Shown here: one piece after another, positions 9,648 to 19,895 of the stretch
How the letters are laid out: each line of letters begins with the position of its first letter
Numbering within the stretch: position 1 is the stretch's first letter
NCBI GenBank assembly: GCA_902536295.1
Contig: CACAWS010000004.1
Coordinates: 6,568-70,567 of the forward strand
Length of the DNA: 64,000 nucleotides
Source of the DNA: an uncultured SAR86 cluster bacterium
GTDB lineage: Bacteria; Pseudomonadota; Gammaproteobacteria; Magnimaribacterales; AG-339-G14
Direction of reading: 5' to 3'
Notes under the pieces: generated by a model
Told to the model about the DNA's origin: nothing
What the model saw: the letters and a program-made list of their open reading frames with translations, nothing else
Databases searched by the model: none
Made by a program: the position numbers and the translations under genes

Positions 9648-10821
9648 TTACCCTTGTCTCAAAGAAATTCTTTTCTTTTCTTAGATCCATAATTTCTGAC
9701 ATCCAGGGGAAAGGATTAGAAGCATTAGGAAACGCTTCGTTAAGACCTATCTGAGTCAGCCTTCTATTTGCAATAAAATGCAGATATTCAGCCATCATTT
9801 CTGAATTCATGCCAAGAATTCCTTTAGGCATTGTGTCTTGGGCATATTCAATTTCTAATTGCGTTCCTTGAAGGATCATAGTTTCTGCTTGTTTTTGCAT
9901 TTCTTCATCCCATAGATGAGGATTCTCAAGTTTAATTTGGTTGATCATGTCGATACCAAAATTTACATGCATAGACTCGTCTCTGAGAATGTACTGGAAT
10001 TGTTCTGCTGTGCCAGTCATTTTATTTCTGTTTCCCATAGAAAGAATTTGAGTGAATCCACAATAAAAGAAAATACCCTCGAGCACACAGTAGAAAGCTA
10101 TAAGATTTCTTAATAGAATTTTATCGTTTTCTACAGTCCCGGTTTCAAACGACTGATCAGAGAGAGATTGCGTGAAAGGAAGTGCCCAAGCAGCTTTTTT
10201 AGCCACAGAGGGTATCTCTTTATACATATTAAATATTTCACCTTCATCCATGCCCAATGATTCAATTACATATTGATAGGCGTGAGTATGAATGGCTTCT
10301 TCAAGCGCTTGTCTCAATAAATATTGACGACATTCTGGGTTTGTAATGTGTTTATATACAGAAAGGACAATATTATTGGCTACTAATGAATCGGCAGTAG
10401 AGAAAAATCCTAGATTTCTCATGACGATTCTTCTTTCATCCTCTGTTAAACCGTTTTTATCTTTCCAAAGTGCAACGTCCGCAGTCATGTTAATTTCCTG
10501 AGGCATCCAATGATTTGCGCTACCATCTAAATATTTCTGCCAGGCCCAATCGTATTTAAAAGGCACTAACTGATTGACGTCGGCTCTTGAATTAATCATT
10601 TTCTTTTCGCTTACATCTACCCTTGCTGAGGCTCCTTCTAAATCAGCTAAACCTGCTTCTAGATCCAAAGAATCTAAATCTGGAACCTCGGTTGAGGTTT
10701 GCATTTCTTCTTTGTCAGAAGGTTTAGCAGCTGTTAAGCCGTCTTCTTTTTTAAGAACTTCTTTTGCGATAGATTGTTCTGTTATTTTTTCTTTTTCATC
10801 AAAATCATCCCAAGATAACAT
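9610..10821 (-). CDS. nrdB: ribonucleoside-diphosphate reductase beta subunit (class Ia)
   Basis: Di-iron/tyrosyl radical protein ([27 protein letters not shown]). I prefer the start at MLSWDDFD (ATG at 10821). It has an AAGAGG SD 8 nt upstream and removes the overlap with nrdA. From memory, the acidic N-terminal extension resembles Pseudomonas-type NrdB. Confidence 0.9.
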   Translation of the reverse strand: MLSWDDFDEKEKITEQSIAKEVLKKEDGLTAAKPSDKEEMQTSTEVPDLDSLDLEAGLADLEGASARVDVSEKKMINSRADVNQLVPFKYDWAWQKYLDGSANHWMPQEINMTADVALWKDKNGLTEDERRIVMRNLGFFSTADSLVANNIVLSVYKHITNPECRQYLLRQALEEAIHTHAYQYVIESLGMDEGEIFNMYKEIPSVAKKAAWALPFTQSLSDQSFETGTVENDKILLRNLIAFYCVLEGIFFYCGFTQILSMGNRNKMTGTAEQFQYILRDESMHVNFGIDMINQIKLENPHLWDEEMQKQAETMILQGTQLEIEYAQDTMPKGILGMNSEMMAEYLHFIANRRLTQIGLNEAFPNASNPFPWMSEIMDLRKEKNFFETRVIEYQTGGALNWD

Positions 10822-10835
10822 TTTAATACCTCTTT

Positions 10836-13643
10836 TTATTGACAAGCTTCACAGTCTGGATCAAGTATTGAGCAGGCTTCAGGAGCCTCGGATCCTTGAT
10901 TTGCAGCAACAGCGTTGAGCTCTAGATTAGTAATAGTTGATTTCTCAGAAGTTGTGGCACTTCTTGAGCGTAAATAGTAAGTAGTTTTCAAACCTCTTAG
11001 CCATGCCATCTTGTACATCACATCCAGTTTTTTTCCATTCGGTTCTGAAACGTAAAGATTAAGAGATTGGCTTTGATCTATCCATTTTTGTCTTCTCGAT
11101 GCGGCTTCAATTAGCCATTTTGGTTCAACTTCAAAAGACGTGGCGAAAAGCCTTTTTAAATCGTCGGGGACTCTGTTGATACCTTCTAAACTACCATTCA
11201 AGTTTTTCAGATCGTAGACCATTACCTCATCCCACATATCTATTTCTTTTAGCGCTTCTACTAAGTGCATGTTGATAATTGTGAATTCCCCTGAAAGATT
11301 AGATTTAACAAATAAATTAGAATAGGTAGGCTCTATCGATTGTGTAAGGCCGGTTATATTTGCAATTGTGGCGGTTGGAGCAATTGCCATGACGTTAGAG
11401 TTTCTCATGCCTTGTTTTTTTACAGTTTTTCTTAAACCTTCCCAATCAAGTTTCGAAGCTGTATCAACCTCTAGATAATTTTCTCCTCTTTCTTTTTTAA
11501 GCAATTCAATTGAATCTAAAGGAAGTATTCCTTTGCTCCATAATGATCCCTCGTAAGATGAATATGCTCCTCTCTCTGAGGCTAGGTCTGAAGACGATTT
11601 AATTGCGTAATAACTAACCATTTCCATGGACTCGTCTGCAAAGCTGACAGCTTCTTCGGATGCATAAGGAGTTTTTTTGATATATAGGGCATCTTGAAAG
11701 CCCATAATTCCTAATCCTATTGGCCTATGTTTAAAATTAGAATTTTCTGCTTGTGGAACGGCGTAGTAGTTTATGTCTATAACATTGTCTAGCATTCTTA
11801 TTGCAGTAGTTATAGTTCTTTCTATTTTTTCTTCATTTAGATCTCCATTTTCATTTAAATGGTTTGGAAGATTAATGGACCCTAAATTACAGACTGCAAT
11901 TTCGTCTTGAGAAGTATTTAAAGTTATTTCTGTGCAAAGATTAGAGGAATGAATTACTCCAACGTGTTGTTGTGGCGATCTTAAGTTACAAGCATCTTTA
12001 AAAGTTATCCAAGGATGGCCTGTTTCAAATAGCATGGAAATAATTTTCCTCCAAAGATCCTCGGCTTCCACTTCTTTAGAAACTTGGATCTTTCCTGTCT
12101 TTGCGTCATTTTCATACTCTTCATACCTGATTTTGAACGCTGAGCCCGTTAAATCATGTAGATCTGGTGTTTCATTAGGAGAAAAAAGAGTCCACTTACC
12201 ACCGTCCATGACCCTTTGCATGAATAGGTCTGGTATCCAGTTCGCGGTATTCATATCATGAGTTCTTCTGCGATCGTCGCCAGTGTTTTTTCGAAGTTCT
12301 ACAAATTCTTCAATATCTAAATGCCAAGTTTCTAAGTATGAACAAACAGCTCCTTTTCTTTTCCCTCCCTGGTTAACCGCTACTGCAGTGTCATTAACCA
12401 CTTTTAAAAATGGAACAACACCTTGAGATTTCCCATTCGTTCCTTTTATGTGTGCGCCCATACCTCTGACAGGAGTCCAGTCATTGCCCAAACCTCCAGC
12501 CCATTTTGAAAGCATAGCATTATCACCTAACGCATCATAAATCCCTTTTAGGTCATCAGGGACGGTAGTTAGATAACAAGAGGATAGCTGAGAATGGATA
12601 GTTCCTGAATTAAATAAAGTTGGAGTAGAGCTCATGTAGTCAAACGAGGATAGAAGATTGTAAAATTCTATTGCTCTTTCTTCTCTATTTTCTTCTTCAA
12701 TGGCTAAGCCCATTGCTACTCTCATAAAAAATATTTGAGGAAGCTCGAATCTTACTTCATCTTTATGTATGAAATATCTATCGTAGAGAGTTTGAAGACC
12801 TAAATAAGAAAACATTAGGTCTCTTTCGGGCTTAAGATTATTTCCAAGTTTTTTTAAGTCCATCTTTCCTAATTCAGGATTAACCAACTCTAATTCAATT
12901 GCTCTTTTTATAAACACATCTAGCGCTTGTGGATAAAGGTTTTCCATTTCTTTCTGTGTTGCATTTGGGGCTAAACTTAAAAAAGACAAGGCTTCTGTTC
13001 TTAAGCTGTCTAATAGAATTCTTGAGGTTGCATATGTATAGTTTGGTTCAGCCTCTACAAGGGATCTTGCAGAAAGAATCATCGCTTCTTTTATCTCGTC
13101 TTCTGATGCCCCTTCATAAAGGTTTTTATTTGCTTCTTGTATTATCGTCTCTGGATTAGTGCCGCTCAGGCCTTCACAGGCTTCCTTCGCTATCGTTTCC
13201 GTCCTCTCTGATGGGCTCAATACAGCTATTTCTTGGGCAGAAGTGTTTTCTTCCTGTCTTATTTTTGTTCTCTCGGCTCTATAGACAACATAGGCTCTTG
13301 CAACCTTTAATTCCTCTGATCGCATGAGGGCTAACTCTACCTGATCCTGAATCTCCTCGATGTGAATTGTTCCGCCAGAGGGCATTCTTGATGAAAAAGT
13401 ATCGTGGACACTTTTTGCAAGAGAATTTACTTTCTGTTGAACACTGGATGACGCCGCAGCTGCGCTAGTATGAACGGCTAGAAAAGCTTTTGTAATAGCT
13501 ACTTCAATTTTTGATATATCGAAATTAACTACTGAGCCGTTTCTTTTAATAACTCTAAGAATTCCTGGCTCTACAGCAGAAGAAGGTCTTTCGCTTGTTA
13601 TATTTATTTTATTCTTTTCGTTTTCTCTCTCAGTAATGTCCAT
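10836..13643 (-). CDS. nrdA: ribonucleoside-diphosphate reductase alpha subunit (class Ia) with N-terminal ATP-cone
   Basis: 935 aa with an ATP-cone ([16 protein letters not shown]), the active-site region SNLCTEI and a C-terminal CxxC tail (DCEACQ). Confidence 0.95.
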   Translation of the reverse strand: MDITERENEKNKINITSERPSSAVEPGILRVIKRNGSVVNFDISKIEVAITKAFLAVHTSAAAASSSVQQKVNSLAKSVHDTFSSRMPSGGTIHIEEIQDQVELALMRSEELKVARAYVVYRAERTKIRQEENTSAQEIAVLSPSERTETIAKEACEGLSGTNPETIIQEANKNLYEGASEDEIKEAMILSARSLVEAEPNYTYATSRILLDSLRTEALSFLSLAPNATQKEMENLYPQALDVFIKRAIELELVNPELGKMDLKKLGNNLKPERDLMFSYLGLQTLYDRYFIHKDEVRFELPQIFFMRVAMGLAIEEENREERAIEFYNLLSSFDYMSSTPTLFNSGTIHSQLSSCYLTTVPDDLKGIYDALGDNAMLSKWAGGLGNDWTPVRGMGAHIKGTNGKSQGVVPFLKVVNDTAVAVNQGGKRKGAVCSYLETWHLDIEEFVELRKNTGDDRRRTHDMNTANWIPDLFMQRVMDGGKWTLFSPNETPDLHDLTGSAFKIRYEEYENDAKTGKIQVSKEVEAEDLWRKIISMLFETGHPWITFKDACNLRSPQQHVGVIHSSNLCTEITLNTSQDEIAVCNLGSINLPNHLNENGDLNEEKIERTITTAIRMLDNVIDINYYAVPQAENSNFKHRPIGLGIMGFQDALYIKKTPYASEEAVSFADESMEMVSYYAIKSSSDLASERGAYSSYEGSLWSKGILPLDSIELLKKERGENYLEVDTASKLDWEGLRKTVKKQGMRNSNVMAIAPTATIANITGLTQSIEPTYSNLFVKSNLSGEFTIINMHLVEALKEIDMWDEVMVYDLKNLNGSLEGINRVPDDLKRLFATSFEVEPKWLIEAASRRQKWIDQSQSLNLYVSEPNGKKLDVMYKMAWLRGLKTTYYLRSRSATTSEKSTITNLELNAVAANQGSEAPEACSILDPDCEACQ

Positions 13644-13671
13644 ATTTGTCAGATTAGTTACTTTTCTTGTA

Positions 13672-13718
13672 ACTCAATATATAGTGGGGCAAAAACTTAA
13701 TTACACAAGATACTGTGT
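13672..13718. promoter_or_regulatory. tandem NrdR boxes upstream of nrdA
   Basis: ACTCAATATATAGTGG (13672-13687) and ACACAAGATACTGTGT (13703-13718). Each has 2 mismatches to the 16-bp palindromic NrdR-box consensus acaCwAtATaTwGtgt. Centres are 31 bp apart, and the boxes lie 29-75 bp upstream of the nrdA start. Confidence 0.65.
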
Positions 13719-13767
13719 TTTTATGAGAAAAGCAATAGAATAATTTATGAAATTTAAGTGGATTAAG

Positions 13768-13776
13768 TGTGGATAA
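13768..13776 (-). promoter_or_regulatory. DnaA box (perfect TTATCCACA on the minus strand) in the nrdA/glpK intergenic region
   Basis: TGTGGATAA is read at 13768-13776. A degenerate copy, AGTGGATTA, lies 3 bp upstream of it (13756-13764). DnaA control of nrdAB is known in E. coli. Confidence 0.5.
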
Positions 13777-13795
13777 CTATATATAAATATAAAGT

Positions 13796-15244
13796 ATGAA
13801 AAAATACTTTCTCTCTATCGATCAAGGCACAACTAGTACAAGAACAGTGCTTTATGACTCTAAATTTAAATATCTAGACCAGAAACAAATTGAAATTACA
13901 CAATTTTATCCGAAATCTGGTTACGTAGAACACGATGCTGAAGAAATATGGGATAAAACTTATAAAACATTGCGTCAACTTTTAAGAAAATATGACTTGA
14001 AATCAAATCAAATAATTTCAATAGGCATAACCAATCAAAGGGAGACAATATTAGGATGGGATAAAAGTTCTGGAAAGCCCATAGGAAAAGCGATTGTTTG
14101 GCAAGATAGAAGAACTAGTAAATTTTGTGAAATATTGAAAGAAGAGGGTTTAGAGCCAGAAATTAATGAAAAAACAGGTCTTTTACTGGACCCCTATTTT
14201 TCTGCTTCTAAATTGAGATGGCTTAAGGATAAGTCAAAATCAATATTCAAAAAATCCACTACACTTTTTGGGACCATAGATAGTTTTTTGTTATGGAAAT
14301 TAACAGAAGGAAGAGTTTTTGCAACAGATATAACTAATGCTGCAAGAACATCACTTTTTAATATATCTAATCTTAAATGGGACGATGATTTAAAAAAAAT
14401 TTTTGGACTTGAAGGAATAAAATTGCCAGATATAAAAAATAATGCAGATGATTTTGGCACAACGTCTTTATTTGGCGGAGAAATTAAAATTTCTGGTATG
14501 GCTGGCGATCAACAGGCAGCATTATTTGGACAAGCTTGTTTTGATACAGGTGAGGTTAAAAGTACATATGGTACTGGTTGTTTTTTAATTTTAAATACAG
14601 GAACTAAAATCTTGAGGTCAAATAATAAATTACTTTCCACTGTGGGTTATAAAATAGGTGGAGATGTAACTTATGCATTAGAAGGAAGCATTTTTGTTGC
14701 GGGCTCATTAATTCAGTGGTTAAGGGACAAAATGAAATTTTTTTTAAATGCTCCAGAAACAGAAAAATTTGCAAAATCAGCAAATAAGAACTCTGAAGTT
14801 GTCATAATTCCATCTTTTACAGGACTTGGCGCTCCACATTGGAAGCCTGATTTGAGGGGAGCAATTAATGGCCTTTCTTTAGAGACATCGAAAGAGGACA
14901 TAATTTTAGCTGCTTTAGAAGCTATATGCTTTCAGACGAAAGATCTAGTCACCGCGCTAAAAAATGACGGTGCAAAAATAAAATCAATTAAAATAGACGG
15001 AGGAATGGCGACCAATAATTTTTTTGGACAAACTTTGTCTGATGTTTTATCTATGAAAGTTTTTAAGCCTAGAAATATCGAAAGTACTTCATTGGGCGCT
15101 GCCTATTTAGCTGGCATAGGATCAAATTACATAAATTTAAGCGAACTTAAAGATGTTTGGAAGGTTGATAAATTATTTGAACCAAAAAAATCATACGAAA
15201 AGAAATATTTAAAATATTTAGACAGTCTCGAATCTTTAAGTTAA
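13796..15244 (+). CDS. glpK: glycerol kinase
   Basis: 482 aa, FGGY kinase family. The IDQGTTSTR N-terminus and GGMATNNF motif are present. Confidence 0.92.
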   Translation: MKKYFLSIDQGTTSTRTVLYDSKFKYLDQKQIEITQFYPKSGYVEHDAEEIWDKTYKTLRQLLRKYDLKSNQIISIGITNQRETILGWDKSSGKPIGKAIVWQDRRTSKFCEILKEEGLEPEINEKTGLLLDPYFSASKLRWLKDKSKSIFKKSTTLFGTIDSFLLWKLTEGRVFATDITNAARTSLFNISNLKWDDDLKKIFGLEGIKLPDIKNNADDFGTTSLFGGEIKISGMAGDQQAALFGQACFDTGEVKSTYGTGCFLILNTGTKILRSNNKLLSTVGYKIGGDVTYALEGSIFVAGSLIQWLRDKMKFFLNAPETEKFAKSANKNSEVVIIPSFTGLGAPHWKPDLRGAINGLSLETSKEDIILAALEAICFQTKDLVTALKNDGAKIKSIKIDGGMATNNFFGQTLSDVLSMKVFKPRNIESTSLGAAYLAGIGSNYINLSELKDVWKVDKLFEPKKSYEKKYLKYLDSLESLS

Positions 15245-16132
15245 AAGCAGTGTTTCCAGTAAAGCTTGTTGAACATGTAGTCTATTCTCTGCCTGGATCC
15301 AAACCTTACTAGATTCATGATCTAACATGTCTATAGATATCTCTTCCCCTCTGTGAGCTGGTAAACAATGAAGAAAAATTGCACTGTTATCAGCCAATTC
15401 CATACAGGCTGGATCAACAGAGTAACCTTTGAATAAATTAGTTTTTTCTGATGATTGATTTTCAGAGTGCATTGAAGTCCAAACATCAGTAGTTACTATT
15501 TTTGCATCTTTTAATGCATCTTTTTTTGTTTCAGTTAAGACAACGTTATTTTTTTTAGAATTCATTATTTCTGGATTAGGTTCGAAGCCTTTAGGGCAAT
15601 ATATATTTAGATCAAAATTAAATATTTCTGCTGCTTCTATATAGGAATTACATACATTGTTGCTATCTCCAATCCAAGCAACCTTAGATATCTCTGAGTC
15701 TCCATTACATTCTTTGAATGTCATGAGATCAGCCAAAATTTGGCATGGATGGTATAAATTGCTCAAGCCATTTATGACTGGAATTGAAGAGTTTTGACTA
15801 TATATATCTAATAGTTCGTGGTTTGCGGTTCTAATTACTACAGCGTCCAACATTGAAGATAAAACGCGCGCGGTATCCGAAACAGGCTCGCCTCTTGAGA
15901 TTTGAAGGTCAGAACTTGACAAAAAGATAGAGTTTCCTCCGAGTGATTGAACCCCAATTTCAAAAGAAACTCTCGTTCTAGTTGAAGGCTTTTCAAAAAT
16001 TAAGCCCAAAGATTTATTTTCTAAAGTTTTCGGCAAATTTTTCAAAGATTTCAATTCCAGTCCTCGTTCAATAATTGAATTGAGGAATTCTTTGGAAAAA
16101 TCTTTAAAATTTAAAAAATGTTTTGGTGACAT
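15236..16132 (-). CDS. argF: ornithine carbamoyltransferase
   Basis: 298 aa with FEKPSTRTRVSFE, HPCQ and HCLPA motifs. Confidence 0.88.
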   Translation of the reverse strand: MSPKHFLNFKDFSKEFLNSIIERGLELKSLKNLPKTLENKSLGLIFEKPSTRTRVSFEIGVQSLGGNSIFLSSSDLQISRGEPVSDTARVLSSMLDAVVIRTANHELLDIYSQNSSIPVINGLSNLYHPCQILADLMTFKECNGDSEISKVAWIGDSNNVCNSYIEAAEIFNFDLNIYCPKGFEPNPEIMNSKKNNVVLTETKKDALKDAKIVTTDVWTSMHSENQSSEKTNLFKGYSVDPACMELADNSAIFLHCLPAHRGEEISIDMLDHESSKVWIQAENRLHVQQALLETLLLT

Positions 16133-16150
16133 AGTATATGCGTTATAGAA

Positions 16151-16169
16151 TTGATTTTTTCAAAATCAA
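16151..16169. promoter_or_regulatory. perfect palindrome TTGATTTT-TTC-AAAATCAA in the 43-bp argF/serA divergent spacer (candidate operator, possibly ArgR-like)
   Basis: The inverted repeat is read directly. It resembles the AT-rich TGAAT...ATTCA style of ARG boxes but does not match the consensus. Confidence 0.3.
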
Positions 16170-16175
16170 ATTAGT

Positions 16176-17366
16176 ATGAATTTTAAAGTAAAAACTTACA
16201 ATGCCATAGCAGAAACAGGACTTTCACTTCTGAAAGATTCAGATTTTGAAATTTCTGAAAATCTTGAAGCTCCTGACGCTATGATTTTGAGAAGTTATAA
16301 ATTGACCAACAACGACATTGAAAGTTCAATCAAAGCAATTGCAAGAGCGGGCGCAGGTGTTAACAACGTTCCAGTCGATTACTGCTCAGATCAGGGTATA
16401 GTCGTTTTCAATACACCAGGCGCGAATGCAAATGCAGTCAAAGAAATAGTACTGGCGGGGTTACTTTTATCATCAAGAGGAATTTATAGTGGAGCAAATT
16501 ACATAAATGACATTCAAGGAGTTGATCAAGGCGATCTGAAAGGTCATATTGAGCAAGGAAAGAAAAGTTTTAAAGGGCGTGAATTAAAAGATGGAGTTTT
16601 AGGTGTAATAGGTATGGGGGCTATAGGCTCTAAAGTAGCAGATATGGGTGTTATGTTAGGTATGGAGGTTATTGGGTATGATCCAGCAATATCTGTTGAA
16701 GCCGCTTGGAAATTGCCGAATATGGTTTCTAGAAGAGATAATCTAGAGGATGTATTCAAAGAATCAGATTACTTAACTTTACACATTCCCGCTATTGAAG
16801 AAACAAAAAATCTTGTAAATAAAGATCTTTTACAAAACGCAAAAGAAGGGCTTAAATTGATTAATTTCGCAAGAGATGAGATTGTTAATTCAAAAGATGT
16901 GATTGACGCATTAAAATCCGGCAAGTTAGGGGGTTATGTGACTGATTTTGCTGATTTAGCTCTTATAGAAAGAGCGAAAACTATGGGCGATGTCATCATA
17001 TTGCCGCATATTGGCGCTAGTACTAGACAAGCAGAAGAAAATTGTTCGATTATGGCAGCAGAACAACTAAAAGATTTTCTAGAGAATGGAAATATAATTA
17101 ATTCCGTCAATTTTCCTGAATTAGTTGAGCCCAGAAAGTCAAAGTTTAGAATCACTCTATCAAATAATAATATTGCTGGAATGATTGGCCAGATAACTAC
17201 AATTTTAGCTGAGAATAACCTTAACATTTTAAATATGATCAATAAAAGTAAGGGTGAAATTGCTTACAACGTAATTGACACGGATTCTGAGCCTTCAAAC
17301 GCTGTTGAAGAAGGTCTTATGAAATTAGAAGGCGTAATCAATGTAAGAGTAATTAAAGATGAATAA
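16176..17366 (+). CDS. serA: D-3-phosphoglycerate dehydrogenase (2-hydroxyacid dehydrogenase with C-terminal ACT domain)
   Basis: 396 aa with NAD-binding GVIGMGAIGSKVA and catalytic-region LPHIGAST. The ~70-aa C-terminal ACT-like domain is RITLSNNNIAGMIGQITTILAENNLNI. Confidence 0.8.
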   Translation: MNFKVKTYNAIAETGLSLLKDSDFEISENLEAPDAMILRSYKLTNNDIESSIKAIARAGAGVNNVPVDYCSDQGIVVFNTPGANANAVKEIVLAGLLLSSRGIYSGANYINDIQGVDQGDLKGHIEQGKKSFKGRELKDGVLGVIGMGAIGSKVADMGVMLGMEVIGYDPAISVEAAWKLPNMVSRRDNLEDVFKESDYLTLHIPAIEETKNLVNKDLLQNAKEGLKLINFARDEIVNSKDVIDALKSGKLGGYVTDFADLALIERAKTMGDVIILPHIGASTRQAEENCSIMAAEQLKDFLENGNIINSVNFPELVEPRKSKFRITLSNNNIAGMIGQITTILAENNLNILNMINKSKGEIAYNVIDTDSEPSNAVEEGLMKLEGVINVRVIKDE

Positions 17367-18114
17367 ACCGGTAGCAATAATTACAGGCGCAAGTAGAGGC
17401 GTAGGAAAAGCTGTAGCTATAATGCTTGCAGAAAAGGGATGGAATCTAACATTGACATGTTCTAGTTCTTTGAAAGAGGCAGAAAAAGTTGCAAAAGAAT
17501 GTAACGATCTTGGCGCAGAAACACTAGTTTTAGTCTCTGATGTTTCCAATGATTTAAAATGTCGTGAAACTGTTGATGTGACAATTGAAAAATGGAATAA
17601 ATTAGATACTTTGATAAATAATGCAGGTAGAACCGTATTTAACGCACATGAAAATATGTCTGGACTGACCACAGAAGATTTTGTTGAGATTTATAAAACA
17701 AATACAGTTGGACCTTATATGATGATTAAAGAGTCTGAGAAATATTTGAGAAAAAGTCCAATTGCTTCTGTTGTAAACATTGCGTCCATAGCTGGAGTTA
17801 TCGGTGTGGGAAGTTCCATAGCTTATGTGGCTTCAAAGGGGGCGCTAGTTATGATGACAAAATCTTTAGCAAAAGCATTAGGTCCCATCCGAATCAATGC
17901 GATTTGTCCAGGGTTCATTGAAGGAGAGTGGCTTAAGTCAGGATTGGGTGATGAGGCATACGAAGCTACAAAAAGTTTCATTGAATCTAGTACTCCTTTA
18001 AGTATGGTCTGCAATCCTGAGAAAGTAGCTAAAGGAGTCTTCTTTTTTATAGAGGATGCTATTGCAACTACAGGTGAAACATTAATTTTAGATGGCGGAT
18101 TCCATCTAAAGTGA
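17359..18114 (+). CDS. short-chain dehydrogenase/reductase (FabG-like)
   Basis: 251 aa with TGASRGVGKA, NNAG and YVASKGAL motifs. It overlaps serA by 8 bp. Confidence 0.75.
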   Translation: MNKPVAIITGASRGVGKAVAIMLAEKGWNLTLTCSSSLKEAEKVAKECNDLGAETLVLVSDVSNDLKCRETVDVTIEKWNKLDTLINNAGRTVFNAHENMSGLTTEDFVEIYKTNTVGPYMMIKESEKYLRKSPIASVVNIASIAGVIGVGSSIAYVASKGALVMMTKSLAKALGPIRINAICPGFIEGEWLKSGLGDEAYEATKSFIESSTPLSMVCNPEKVAKGVFFFIEDAIATTGETLILDGGFHLK

Positions 18115-18497
18115 TTTTTTTAGAGTTCGACTTAAATTATAGGAACTATTTAATACTTTCAAAAAAAATCAATTAATTTTTTTTATTTTTTAGATTTTTA
18201 ATTGATAAAAAAAAATTCTTTTAGATAAAACTTAACTATTAAACAAAAAAGTTACACACATAAAAACTAAAATTAGCACTTAATTCAAAAAAATTTACTT
18301 AAAGTGCACTTTTTTAGATCATAAAATACATTATTACTTAAAGTATTGATTTTATTGGATTTTTTTAGTTGATCAATTTTTGATCATTCTAAAAAAAACC
18401 TTTTTATATGAAGGCTTTAGAACAATAGAGCCATTTTATCCAAAGAGTTATCCACAGTTTCTGTGGATAAAAAAATAGGGTTTGTTAGCATTACATT
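18115..18497. other. 383-bp extremely AT-rich non-coding region with a DnaA-box cluster (candidate oriC or DnaA-controlled region)
   Basis: There is no ORF of 60 aa or more. TTATCCAAA lies at 18436-18444, TTATCCACA at 18448-18456 and TGTGGATAA at 18462-18470. The last two form a 10-bp perfect palindrome, TTATCCACAG-TTT-CTGTGGATAA. TTTTAGAT occurs at 18188, 18219 and 18312. Three GATC sites lie between 18317 and 18386. Confidence 0.4.
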
Positions 18498-19169
18498 ATG
18501 CTTCAATATCTTCCAAAAAAATGGAAAGGTTTTTTAAAAAATCATGACTTAAAACAGCAACTACTATCAATACAAGCTAGAATAGAAGAAGAAATCAAAT
18601 TAGGGAAAATAATTTTTCCTAGAAGAGAAAATATCTTCAGATCTTTAAGACTTGTTCAGCCTAATGAAGTAAAAGTAGTAATTTTAGGTCAGGATCCTTA
18701 CCATAATTTTAATCAAGCTAACGGATTAGCTTTTTCTGTTAATAATGATCAGCTTCTTCCACCGTCTTTAAAAAATATTTTCATTGAAATTGAAAGCGAT
18801 TTAAAGATTAAGATTGAAAAAAAAGGGGATTTAGAGACTATAGCAAAACAAGGAGTGTTACTTTTAAATTCCATTCTTACTGTTGAAAAAAATAATCCAG
18901 GATCGCATAAAAATATTGGTTGGGAGAGATTAACAGACAATATAATTAGTTCTCTAAGTTTGGTGGGAAATATTGTTTTTATTCTTTGGGGAAATTTTGC
19001 AAAAAAAAAATCAAATTTTATTGATAAAAATACAAATTTAGTAATATGTTCTTCTCATCCTTCTCCTCTTTCTGCCCATAAAGGTTTTTTTGGGTCAAAA
19101 CCTTTTAGTAAATGTAATGATTATTTAGTTAAGAATGGCAAAGGGCCTATTAAATGGGATTTAAAATAA
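18498..19169 (+). CDS. ung: uracil-DNA glycosylase
   Basis: 223 aa with GQDPYH and HPSPLSA motifs. Confidence 0.93.
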   Translation: MLQYLPKKWKGFLKNHDLKQQLLSIQARIEEEIKLGKIIFPRRENIFRSLRLVQPNEVKVVILGQDPYHNFNQANGLAFSVNNDQLLPPSLKNIFIEIESDLKIKIEKKGDLETIAKQGVLLLNSILTVEKNNPGSHKNIGWERLTDNIISSLSLVGNIVFILWGNFAKKKSNFIDKNTNLVICSSHPSPLSAHKGFFGSKPFSKCNDYLVKNGKGPIKWDLK

Positions 19170-19877
19170 CTTTAGCTGTTTGAAGTTTATTTTTTCACCT
19201 GAATCTTTATATAAATCTTTAAAATTACTTTTATTTTTAAGAAAAAGTAAACTATTTGTTTCAAATTTAGAGGCAATTCTGCCTAAAACTTTATTTTCGT
19301 GATCATAAAGGCTACAACCTTCTTTCATAGAGTTTAAGTCAGATGAATAAATAAGAAGGAGGCCAGTCTTTAGTTTAGCCCTATAGTGCATTCTAGCTAC
19401 AACTTCTTGGCCTGTGTAACATCCTTTATCAAAATTAATAATATCAAGGTTTTGATATCCAAGGTCGTGAGGTGTAAACAATTCGGTTGTAAGAGCATTG
19501 ATTTCACATAAACCATTGTTAATACTTTTTAATTTCCATTTGGCAGAATCTACAATTTCAGCATTTTTTAACACATCGTCGATAATAAACATTTCAGATT
19601 TAAAAAAAACTTTGTATTTTTTTAATGTTTCAAAGGTTTTTTCAATTATTGATCCGTCTAAGATAAGGTCAAAACATTCTTGACTTTGTTTTTTTAGCCA
19701 TATAAGGGAAATGATCCTTCCTTTTACGTTACAAATCACATTTTTTTGTAAAATGTCTATATTAGCTAAATTTAAATCATTAGATAGTTGTCCTTGAAGA
19801 AACTCTAGAGAGTCTTTTCCTTCTACTCTTATGGTTTTGTGACTTGAAGATATCTCCATACTCTTATATTTTATCAA
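19161..19877 (-). CDS. ygfZ: folate-binding tRNA-modification protein YgfZ
   Basis: 238 aa with the KGCYTGQEVVARMHYR signature. It is divergent from sdhE, as in E. coli ygfZ/ygfY. Confidence 0.8.
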   Translation of the reverse strand: MIKYKSMEISSSHKTIRVEGKDSLEFLQGQLSNDLNLANIDILQKNVICNVKGRIISLIWLKKQSQECFDLILDGSIIEKTFETLKKYKVFFKSEMFIIDDVLKNAEIVDSAKWKLKSINNGLCEINALTTELFTPHDLGYQNLDIINFDKGCYTGQEVVARMHYRAKLKTGLLLIYSSDLNSMKEGCSLYDHENKVLGRIASKFETNSLLFLKNKSNFKDLYKDSGEKINFKQLKLF

Positions 19878-19895
19878 TAATAGTAAATTTAACCT

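Noticed and set aside
10822-10845. Upstream extension of nrdB overlapping the nrdA stop
   Set aside because: MLSWDDFD matches the N-terminus remembered for Pseudomonas-type NrdB and has its own SD. The extension adds 8 unmatched residues.
10574-10918. 114-aa plus-strand ORF spanning the nrdB/nrdA junction. Similar antisense ORFs occur at 17325-17672, 22415-22741, 44637-45020, 54103-54414, 59288-59689 and 61114-61425.
   Set aside because: All lie antisense to, or out of frame within, genes with strong family signatures. They have low-complexity Ser/Leu/Phe/Ile-rich translations typical of the reverse strand of AT-rich coding DNA, and they lack start-site signals.
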